In this document: positions 11,500 to 22,493 of the stretch, one piece after another
Layout of the letters: every line of letters begins with the position of its first letter
Numbering within the stretch: position 1 is the stretch's first letter
Assembly: GCA_002104905.1 (NCBI GenBank)
Contig: MCFE01000020.1
Coordinates: 1-64,000, forward strand
Direction: 5' to 3'
Length of the DNA stretch: 64,000 bases
Source: Basidiobolus meristosporus CBS 931.73
Lineage: Eukaryota; Fungi; Basidiobolomycota
Position numbers and translations under genes: made by a program
Notes under the pieces: generated by a model
Told to the model about the DNA's origin: nothing
Seen by the model: only the letters and a program-made list of their open reading frames with translations
The model's database searches: none

Positions 11500-14400
11500 A
11501 TGGATATCGATGAATTGCTTACTGAAATCGAAGCTGAAGAATATGATGTTTATCAAACTATGACGGACATTCAACCACAAGTAATGTGGAACTTTTCGAA
11601 CTCAAATTCTGCTGGTAATGTTGTCTGTGACTTTGGGGTATTGATGTGTACTAACTGTATAGTAGCAACGCTCTACTCCAGTACCTTGGAGGAGCCAGTA
11701 AACACCCGGCAAGTTAACTCCGAGTATTCCTATTTGTCAACCGAGCTAATACCCTATCCAGATATCAAATACCAACAGCTCCATCAAGGGGTAAATTTTA
11801 ACAAGATAAACCCACTAACCATATATTCTCATACACCCTTGCAGTGAACGAGAATTCCGGATATACGCCAAGCAGTCATCAAGTTTCCCACACTATGATA
11901 GAACCATATGAGGTAATCAAGTGCTTATCCGATTTGGTATGTATCTACACACCTCATAACTATATTTAGAAGAATCCTAGAAACGCTCTGGCACGATACA
12001 TTCCGAGATCCACATTTGGCCAGTCAAGTGAGTAATAATTACAATGTTCTAAAAAAAACATCTATGTAGGAAAGTAGTTCATAGAACTCCATCAGGTATC
12101 AAAGAACCTTCGAAAGAATTTCTTCAAGATGCCGCGAACACACAGGATATGGCACTAAGATCAGTGTCTTCACTCCGTAAGCCACAATTTTCCTAAATCT
12201 AAACCAAATACATTCATTCATCATCGTTGCCGGGATAGCGGAACGTTTCCATAGCTTGTTTCCATTTCGGACTTTCAACAAGGTGCAGTCTCAATGTTTC
12301 GACTCGGTGAGTTTCTATGGCTTCTCAAATAGCAATATTGGCTCCTCACCGACAAATTTGTATCAGGCTTTACATAGCTCAGTGAATATGGTTATCAGTG
12401 GTAAGAGGCCTTCTACAGCGTCCACAAGGATCATTACTGAGATATTCATCACAAAGCGCCCACCGGGTCCGGAAAAACATGTGTCATGGAACTGGCCATT
12501 TTAAAATTGTTGATGAGTAATAGATTCAACAATGCCAAAATTATATACATGGCACCTATCAAAGTTGGCCTTCAACGATTATTTGCAATCCTGCCGAATA
12601 TAATTAATTCGTTGTTTGAAAGGCGTTATGCTCGGAGAGAGCAGCTGATTGGGAGCAGAAGTTCCGACCGTTTGGGTTGAGTTGTAAGGTACACGTTTTG
12701 ATTCCACGAATTTGGCCGAGATTCATTTGATTATCATTAGGTAAGGAGCTTACCGGGGATACAACTTCGACAAGTATTTTCGATGTCAAAAAGTGCAATA
12801 TCATGTGAGTATTCGTAGTGATACTATCTCTCTACGCTAATATTAACTGGTCATGAAGAGTAACCACACCCGAGAAATGGGATTCGATTACAAGGAGATG
12901 GTAAATAGATTGAGTGACGTGGGAAAATAGTAACTAAATTGAATTTAAGGCCAGATCATCAATCGTTCATGAAAATGATCCGATTATTCATGGTGATGAA
13001 ATGAAGATCTGCCAGCTTTTTGTACGTTACTAAACATATGTGTAGGTGGACGAAGTACATATACTCAACGAGAAGCGTGGTGCTGCTCTTGAAGCAGTGG
13101 TATGTCTTCCAATATTCATGCCTCAATATTTGCCTAACTATTTTTTCTAGGTGAGCAGAATGAAAGCCATCAGTAACCAAATCCGCTATATTGCCATTTC
13201 AGCTACTGTACCCAATGTAACCGATATAGCGGAATGGTTGGGTGAAGGCCTGCCCAACGAAAAGCCAGGAAAAAGCTTCGCGTGTGTCAAGTGCTTCGGA
13301 GAGGAGTATAGACCAGTGCAATTAAACCGTTTTGTTTACGGGTACCCCACCAACAATGCTTCACCGTTCCTATTCGATCGCAACCTTAACTTCCGGTAAT
13401 GCAAGTTCCAAGAGAATCAATGTTCAATAGCGACTAAACTAATCCTGTTACATGAGACTGGCTGAGATCATACGTAGTCATTCCTCAAGAAAACCGACAC
13501 TTGTGGTAAAGATTGATGCAGGATAGTTTCATTTGGCGGTGATGTCAATCTATTGGAAGTTTTGCAATACTAGAAAATCTGCGCAGTTGGCATGCGACGT
13601 TCTTGTAGCTGATGGTCAATTAAGAAGATATCTTAATGATGGGAGCCAGGCCAAGTCCACAATGTTCGTAAATCACTAGCAGTATCCTGCATATGCACTC
13701 ACACAAATTTGAACTTTTGCATAGCCTTGAGCAATCGTGTCGGACGGTGAAGGATAAAAAATTACAAGGTACCTTGATTTCATTTTCATTTTTCATTCCC
13801 AAAGTTCAGGGGTTTAGTAAGAGGTGTAGAGTATATTAGGGCCGGAATAGCCTTTCATCATGCCGGACTTGATTATAAAGATAGAAAAGTAGTCGAGCAG
13901 TTATTCCTTAATAGCCATTTGAAAATTATATGTAGGTTACACTTTTCGGCCTGTGGTTTTAAACCCATTTAACAATTTCTTTAGGTACGACAACTACGCT
14001 AGCAGTTGGTGTATGTGTTGCTCAGTCTAAAATATGTTATTGTTCCGTAAATAATTCAACGTCTTTGGTGGACAGGTTAACTTTCCCGCATATCTAGTTG
14101 TTGTCAAGTCCACGTTAGGTTAAGAAACATTAGTTACAATAACTGGACTCTCTATCTTAACAATGCTTGTAATGTCATATGCAGGATATAACAACTCAAA
14201 GTATCAAGAGTATTCCGAATTGGATATCCTCCAAATGATAGGCAGGGCTGGACGTCCTCAATTTGATAGTACTGGTGCCGTTGTGATTATGACGTCAAGC
14301 GAGAAAAAAGAGAAATACGAGCAACTGATCTCGGGAAAAGAGACAATAGAAAGTAGGTCAGTGATAGAATCCGATCAAAATCAAGGTCGGAAATTTGGAC

Positions 14401-17095
14401 TAACCATGATCAAGTTTACATGAAAACCTGATTGAACATCTCAACGCAGAGATATGTTTAGGGACAATAACAAGTGTAGAAGAAGCTGTAAAATGGTATA
14501 CGTACAACAGTACAACTTGGCGTGCTGCCTTATTTAGCCATGTTTTAGGTTGAAATCAACATTCCTATACGTTCGCATTAAATCGAACCCTGCATATTAC
14601 ATGGCTGATGCTAAGCACAAAGCTCAACAAAACTCTGAAAAGGCCCTGGAAGGTATGTGCCATCAGATGCTTTAATCATCCAATCTATACCAGTCGGTTG
14701 AACCAGTACGTACGAAGGAATTGGTGTAAATGGCTTGGCTTCCCTTGATAAAAACGCATTGATTTCCATGAATCTGACAACAAGTAAGATCACAGCGACA
14801 GGTTTGTTATAAATTATTTGGGTAGTCTCCAAGCCATAAGGCTGATCATTTGAAGCTTTCGGAAAATGCATGGCGAAATATTACGTAAAACTGGGAACAA
14901 TGGTCCATATCTGCCAAATACCTTGGGCAGCCTCAATGAGAGATCTGGTGAGAAAGTTACAATCTTGGTCGAAATATATCCATGCAGAACTAATCGTTCC
15001 CTGATGAAGCTGGAAATCCTTTCCAAGGCAGAGGAATTTAGCGAACTGAGAATACAGTCAGGAGAGAAGTCAGCATTGAATAAGGAGAATAAGAATGCTT
15101 CTCTCAAGTACCCCTTGAAAGGGAAAATCAAAACTGTCGATGAAAGAATCTTTCTTATCATTCAGGTAGATGAATTGGTGTCGAATCAAAAGTCTTGAAT
15201 TACTACTAAGTTACCCTCTAGTTTATGCTAGAAGGTATTACCTTCTCGGAACCGAAAATCCAGTCGGCTGTAAATCAAGATACAAACATCATTATACTAC
15301 ACGGAAGTAGAATTCTGAAATGTAAGCAACAATCGGATTTAGCAGGTGATCTGGCTAAACTTGCTCTATAGGTGTAATTGAGTGTTGTCTTGAGAAAAAG
15401 GATCCAGTGGCATTAAAGAACGCAATCAGCTTGTGAGAAAAGTCAATGGAGTATTCGGATTAGACTACAGTTAACCACAGGGATTATACAACGAATAGGT
15501 ATCGGTGTTTGAAGGCCAAATGTTGGGAAAATTCTCCCGGGGTTTTAAAGCAGATCGAGAAAATCGGTAAGTGGCAGTCACTTCTTTGAATTGTGACCAA
15601 GTTTTGCTTAGCTACAGGTTAGGCCCGCAATCCGTAAGACAGTTATGTAACGCCAGGATTAGCTCATTGGAAAAGCTGGGCGAGACCGATCCGCACAGAA
15701 TAGAAATGGTAGCTTCTATTGTTTAGGTAACCGCCTGGCGTTAACGAAATTATCTTAGATTTTGAACAGAAATCCTCCTTTTGGACATCAGGTAACCGAC
15801 TCTTCATGGCACTGGCTAGAGTATATGACAGGATGTAACCTAAAGATTAGATTCTGGAGTCTTTGCATTCGTTGCCAAAATTCACGCTTGCCATTAGAAA
15901 GGTAACGCTAAGGGTATTGAGTCTAGTTCGGGCATGCATTGATGAGTATTTCTCCAAGTTTAATGAGTATACATCCAATGAAGAGTATGAACTGTTGATC
16001 ACCCTAGGGTTGAAAAACAAAAAACTCAAAACCACAAAGAATGGGGTGGCTATCTGGGCAATATTCTTAGCAGCAACTTCGGAGGGTAGTCTACTAGACT
16101 ATAAAAGAATGGCGTGGGTTTTAAATTGATTGTGCTTCGCGGTACATCACCATATACTAAGGAGGCCTTAGTGTTTCTAAGCTACAGGAGCCCAAGAATT
16201 TCAGGATCAAGTTAAACCGTAATGACGCCATTGGTGATGTACACTTCTCAGTGCTTTGTGAAGACTACAGTAAGTCATACGCATTCGCACTCTTTTACTC
16301 ATGTTCTCACCGATCTATAAGTTGGGCTGGATATTTATTATGAATACAACATCGACACCCATGCTGAGCCTAGCGTTAATGTAGATACCAGTAGTCCTCA
16401 GGTAATTAATTTCAGCGTCCCTCTCTATTAAAAAATCATAATTAACGTATCTATCCTAGGACGTCAATCTGTTCTTGGAGGAACAAGTACATTATCCAAA
16501 GGAGCCACCTACTATCAAAGCCTGTGAGCATCACTGTCTTAACAAATCTACATGCGCTCACAGTTGTTGTAAGCGTGGCCTCGGTAGCGTAGAGCACCTG
16601 CAGATTCAAAGGTACTTATTTCTGGTTCAATGGATGGCTTACGGGATAAGGTTTAATGGTGTGAGAGAGCAGAGAGAGGCCACATAAACGAAGACGACAA
16701 TCAAACGTAAAGAAACCCATGCTTCCAACAAGTCACACCAAGTCGACAAAATTAGGCAGCTCTAGCCTGTCCGTTCGTGGTAGTATATTATAATCTTAAT
16801 CTTTCCAAATATACCATTTACATCTAGCAATTCCATAGCTGGTGGTAAGCAGCCGCTGGAGGAGAGTAGTTCTCAAGAGTTTGTATCTTTTTCTCCTAAA
16901 CAAGCGGGTGTGGCCAAGGATGCCCAGCTTGCGGATCTAAATGACAACGACATATTTGCATTGCATCATATGCCAGTGCTGGACCTAACCGAGGAGGATC
17001 CACAAAACCCTAGCTCCGTATTTTCCAAGCCCTTGATGAAGAAAGCGAATCGCAATCTATTCACTGACGTTCCCAGCTTTTTTGGCGATGTGTGA
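11500..17095 (+). CDS. MER3: Meiotic DExH helicase Mer3/HFM1 (more than 20 introns; exon limits partly approximate)
   Basis: Spliced fragments give APTGSGKTCVMELAI, VDEVHILNEKRG, RYIAISATVPN, GIAFHHAGL, QMIGRAGRPQFD and ENLIEHLNAEI, a Sec63 region, and the C-terminal CEHHCLNKSTCAHSCCK cluster typical of fungal Mer3. Confidence 0.9.
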
Positions 17096-17951
17096 ACTCC
17101 CTGCTCATCTTGTGTGTCTCCGACTGGACTATCGGAGTTCCCATGAAACGATGACTTGATTCCACTCTGACGCGCTTGACAACGGGCATTCATTTTTGGA
17201 TCCTACCCCGCCCATAAACACTTACCTCAATAAAAATACGGTAGATTATTAATGCACTCACTCTAACTCGAATACTGATAAGCCACTTCTCTCTTGTATT
17301 TATGGTCTGTTGTTGGGGGACTGCAGAAACAATGCATAGCTTCTCCGTTTGAAGGTTACAAGTAAATTCCCTAGAGAGTTGGACAGTGTTTTACACATAC
17401 CACCAATTTCGTACTCTCCTGGTCTCTCATTTGATCATTTACCTTCGCCAGACATGACTCAAAATTCCACCAGCCTGAATAAGTGACTTGCTTTATTTTA
17501 GACACCTCTAGTTGGATAAGGCTCTGTGAGTGTCCATTAGCTCACCCCATCCTCCATCAAACTCTGTATGAATCTTGATGTCCTTAATGTGACAAATAAT
17601 TGGAATGGTGTCAAGGATACCCAAGTGAAGTAGAGGTTTATCAATCAAGTTAACCAAACCAAAGAAGCATGGACTATCTGAAAGTGGAATGGCGCAGGAC
17701 TTTCGAGATACTTGCTGCATAGGCTGCAGGTGTATGTTGCATAGGCAAGAGCTGGGTTCTTGTAATCCAAGATATGCTGAACAAGACAAAGTTGCTGAGC
17801 CTGAGAGGTACCAAGGACAATTTTCATAGGATATTTGGATTTGGGCTATTGTGAAACTTCGGGAAGAGTCTTGTCATAAGAAATTTAAGGTCTATTAATA
17901 CCTTTTTGTCTTTACCAAGTTACCAATCAAATGTTCTGAAGTAGTTGATAG

Positions 17952-18292
17952 TGTTGTTCTAAATTTCGTAATTACACCTAAATATTCATTTAAGTTGGTC
18001 ACTTAGATCATAGACTACAAATCATAGAGAATTCGGGCCAAATTCCTTGCTGGGATTTACTTGGACTATTTCACCAGAATATCAGGTACCCAGGACATGA
18101 AAAATTGATATGTTGTACTAACAGTCCCACACTTTGCACACATGTACCTAAGATCTTTTCAATCACATTTAATGTGTTTTTGCAAAGACCATGTAAAAGT
18201 ATAAATAGTCCTTTTACACTTAATGGATCATTGAGTAAAAACCACATAATCTGTTTGTTCTCTCAATCACCTCCAGTAACTTCAGAACTCTT
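17952..18292 (+). repeat. Left arm of a ~340-bp diverged inverted repeat
   Basis: AAATTTCGTAATTACACCTAAATATTCATTTAAGTTGGTCACTTAGATCATAG... aligns with the reverse complement of 18659-18993 (AAATTTCGTAATCACACCTAAAATTCACTTGACTTGGTCATTTAGATCATAG...). Confidence 0.85.
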
Positions 18293-18658
18293 ACAACAAG
18301 TATATATAAAGATAGGTACAAGTCGATGGCAACAGAATCTACCCATTTTACATACAAATCCAGGTATAGGAAATGAAACAACTAATGGTGTGTATCAGTA
18401 ATGTTTAGTAAAAAAGCAGGGGTTGCATTTTGGAAGGTTGTGAAAAGTGTAAAATTCAAGTATCTTTGAGTCATACCGACCCTTAGAATATTTTCAAACT
18501 TGGATTTATTGTTGAAAGCCTTAACTTTTAGTAATGGGCAAAAGATGATGTTCCACCATGCCAAGTCTATTTTGCCTAGCATGCAAGTGATGATCTCAAG
18601 CTTTCTCAACAGACCCCGGGCTTTATGATGCAGCTTCCAAGTACATTCCTCAGTGTTT

Positions 18659-18993
18659 GAAGAGTCTTGGAGATATTGGAAGTGATTGGGAGTACAAGTA
18701 GTTTATGTGGTTTCACTTAATGATTTATTCAATGTAAAAGTAGTATTTATACTATTACATGGTATTGGCAAAAAGATGTAGAATATGTTTAGGAAGGTCC
18801 CAAGAGCATGAGTGCAAAGTTTGGGGCCGTTTGGAGAACTTTATATTTTTGCCAAAACATCAGTATCCAGAACATGAAATATTGTTGAGTAAATCCCGAC
18901 AAGGAATTTGGCCAGAATTCTCAAAGATTTGTATACTATGATCTAAATGACCAAGTCAAGTGAATTTTAGGTGTGATTACGAAATTTACAACA
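18659..18993 (-). repeat. Right arm of the ~340-bp diverged inverted repeat
   Basis: Reverse complement matches 17952-18292; roughly 80% identity in the outer third and lower inward, estimated by eye. Confidence 0.85.
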
Positions 18994-19339
18994 GTCATAA
19001 ATTTGTACTGAAAGTATAAATATACAATTTTCACTTGGTATCAGCCCTAGTACACCTTTCCCAAGTCCCCAGGTCAGCCTGCAACACACTACATTCATGA
19101 CCAAAATTGTATGTTCATAGGATAAGGGTTACTATTGGCCTATCACTGATCCATCATGCAGCGGAGCCTAATATCTTGTCTAACCTAAGCAGCATTTCAT
19201 GAAGCATGTTCGATCGGGGCTAGAATAATCTAATGTTGTTTACTTGATATTATTGTTTACTACTTCATTTGCGGTTCCATTAACCTTCAAGGAGCCTAAT
19301 AGCAATATATACTTTCTCCTTCACCGGAACGAATCCAGT

Positions 19340-20255
19340 ATGTCAGAGCAAACTGAACTAGACTTCTCCACACAGGACTTGGATCTTTATGAAGTGCTTC
19401 AGATCAGCAAGGAGGCTTCGCCCAGCGAGGTGAAGCGAGCCTATTATAAATTGGCTCTACTACACCACCCGGATAAAGCCCGAACAGATGTGGAGGCCTC
19501 GAAGCTGAAGTTTCAACAGATCGGGTTTGCTTACGCGGTACTAGGTGATGCCAAACGTAGGAGCCACTACGACCGAACTGGCTCTACAGAGGAGGGCTTG
19601 CTGGACGATGTGGAAGGCAGGGACTGGACCGCGTATTTCCAGGAATTATTCACCAGCATCTCCACGGAGAGCATTAAAGAGTTCTCGGAGAAATACAAAG
19701 GTACGTATGTTCGCAGTGGTCCTCCCCTTGTCTCTTTACTAACTCTGAGCCCTCCCCTCGCCGTGCGCAGGCTCCACCGAAGAATACGAGGATCTGATTT
19801 CGGCCTATAAAACTCACAAGGGAGATATGGACCTGATCTTGGGCTCGGTGATGCTCGCGGAGGTCGATGATGAGGATCGCCTACGTGAGATATTGCTCTC
19901 CGCCATCGAAAAAGGAGATATCGAAGCGTACAAGAAATTTACCAAGGTCGATAAAAAGGCTAAAGCACGCAGACAGCAGGCAGCCGCCAAGGAGGCGAAG
20001 GAGGCCGAGGAGTTGGCTCGGGAGCTCGGCTTGGATAAGAAGTTGAAACGGAAGAAGACAGAGTCTGACGAGGATTCCCTTCGTGCGCTGATCCAGCAGC
20101 GCAGCGGCAAACGAATGAACCAGCTGATGGACAGCCTGGAGGCCAAGTATGCCCCAAAGGAGACTAAAAAGGGGAAGAAGAGAAAAACCTCGGCCAAGGA
20201 GCCCTCGGAAGAGGAGTTCAAGGCACTGCAAGAGAAACTCTTTGCCCGCAAGTGA
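19340..20255 (+). CDS. DNAJC9: J-domain co-chaperone, DNAJC9-like (histone chaperone)
   Basis: ATG 19340, J domain with HPD motif (LLHHPDK), intron 19701-19770, then GSTEEYEDLISAY...GDMDLIL and a Lys/Glu-rich C-terminus with LRALIQQR. Confidence 0.85.
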
Positions 20256-20447
20256 TGAACGATCTTTATTTATGTACAGCTTGACTCATACTGACTTTCA
20301 AGAAATTCTTTTTATTAAACAAAAGCGCGTGATTGACTATCCAGCAAATAAAAACATCTATTCATCAAGGAATACTATACTGTACATGGAATTAAGATTG
20401 GGATTGGGGCTGGCTTCGGCTTTGGTTTACATCGCGAGGCCAACTCC

Positions 20448-21869
20448 TCAGACATCTTGTTGCAACGAATTGAATACTTTCCAAAAGAATACACCAGCGT
20501 CTCCCTTGGAGAATGAAATCGCTTTGGTCAGATACCCTGGCAAGATCTGCATCAGAGCCGCATCAGCCTGGTCCAGCATGGGCTCAAAGTGATACGAATC
20601 AGGGTCGTCATGCTCCAGCCGTAAAATATACCGAAAGGCTGCGGTGGTGCCAGGTTAGTGTTCATACTCACTATGCGTTTAGCATTCAAGCTGGCTTACC
20701 TCCATTGCGGCCGTTCTGCTCGCATTCCCAAGTGGTGACGTCTTTCTCGTGTTCCATGGATACGACCTGTAGGCCGGCGAGCTCCTTGTACAGTCCCAAG
20801 GATAACGTGAGATCGTCCTGCTTATGAACGGCGAGCTTGCGGTTCTCGGCTTGTAGTTGTTCAACTAGTGATAGAGGTTACGAAGCTATCCACGCGGGTG
20901 GTCAGTGTGAAGAAACTTACTTTGCTCCTTAAGCGACTGGATGTCCTCCTTTTGCTTTTGAATAAGGATCTCTTCCTTCGCGTTGGTCTTGGACTTCTTC
21001 AGTGTCGATATTTGCGCCTTCAGTTGGCTGACGAGATTGTCCGAAACTAGAACGGTGGTTAGTAAGCCTGCTGCCGCCAGAAATACCAATACACTCACAT
21101 TTGAAGCGGTCTTGTGCGTTTCTTTTGTATTCTCCAAAGTTCGTCTCAGCCTCCTGGATACCGATACGCTTCAAGTCCTCGTATCTTTCCAACAGGTCAC
21201 GGTACTCTCTCTTGACCTTAGGAAAAGGTTTAATTGGCTACTGCGTTGTGCCAGTGTAAAATTCGTGCTACTCACCTTTTGTAGATCCTCGGTATCTGCA
21301 AGAGAAGATTTACCAACTGCATCTGATCTATTGGTACGTTTTGCTCTGGGCTTGTCGAGCGTGGCGGCGCCGTCGCTGTCACCTTTGCTAGTCTCTCTTG
21401 CTCTTTTTCTAGGAGGAAGCGGGGAGTGATTGGCCGTATATACTACCGCGGTTTCCGGATCTCTGGGTGGCGAAACCAAAACAGAGAACTCCGGGGAATC
21501 TGGCACTGTGTCTCTCTTCAACGCACCAAAGCTAACGGATTTGCGGGATTGCTTCTTTTCCTGCCTAGATGGTTTCGGTGGGGTTGATTCCCTCGAGTCT
21601 TCATTTAACAAGATTTTCGCTTCGGCGCGTGAAACTAGTAGACGGTTACAAAGATGTGAGTTCTGCACGACACATGAAGGCGAAACGTGACGTATACTCA
21701 CTTCCTTTGGCAGGTTTGCTCTCCTCGGAAGGCTTTACTGCAAGAGGATTTAGTCAATTCGCCTGAGACAGTAATAGCACAAAGTTCACTGGGCGACACA
21801 CATACCTGAGGCGGACTTTTTTTTCTTTGCCGCGGTACTTCTTCTGGCTTTGTAGAAAGGGCGGGGCAT
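20448..21869 (-). CDS. CSM1: Monopolin subunit Csm1/Pcs1 (coiled coil plus RWD-like domain) with basic low-complexity N-terminus
   Basis: Spliced C-terminal exons read LGLYKELAGLQVVS...WECEQNGRNG-AFRYIL...ILPGYLTKAISFSKGDAGVFFWKVFNSL, which fits the Csm1 domain pattern. N-terminal splicing is uncertain. Confidence 0.75.
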
Positions 21870-22427
21870 TTTAACGTGAGGCGGGGGGAGTTGATCACGA
21901 TAGTGAAGAGGAAGAAAATATTGAGTTGGTCTGGAGTCAAAGAGGGGAATATCTCTTCTAGAACAGACAAGGAAATGTCGGGGGAAATAAGCAAATAGTT
22001 TAAAACAAACCACCAACGCTCATACAGAACACGAACAACGGGATAAAGAATTTTCGCGTATGGACACTATCCAACAAACAAGCCCTCAATATGTGACCAA
22101 TCAACACCAAAGCTCGTCTCATTGTTGTGATTCAGTATATTGTTAGAATCATGGGCCTGAGTCAGCATAAGGGCGATCGTTAATCCAGGTTGATATTCAG
22201 GTTAAGTTGAGGGGGAAGCTTCCATTAGGTTCTTATAGAGGTAGCCAATGGTGTAGTAAAACTAGGGAGTTGATAATCAAATCTTACATAGCAAAGGTCG
22301 TTGATGTACGAGGTCATTTGATTCTTCTGATTAGTTAAATATGGACGACATCTAGATAGATACCATCTCCGATCAGTTGTTACCATGCCCCCAACCATCT
22401 CGAGATGATTTAATTCGTGATTAAAAA

Positions 22428-22435
22428 TATAAATA
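22428..22435 (+). promoter_or_regulatory. TATA box of malate synthase copy 1
   Basis: TATAAATA starting 66 bp upstream of the ATG at 22494. Confidence 0.55.
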
Positions 22436-22493
22436 CTTCACTAGGTACGTGAAGGAAAGTTGCCAGACTTCTTAAATTTAAGAGTTTCATATT

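Larger units (their letters stand above)
17460..19200. mobile_element. Degenerate AT-rich, CpG-depleted repeat or transposon relic (family not identified)
   Basis: No intact ORF; about 12 CpG counted by hand in 1740 bp; contains a long diverged inverted repeat. Confidence 0.4.
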
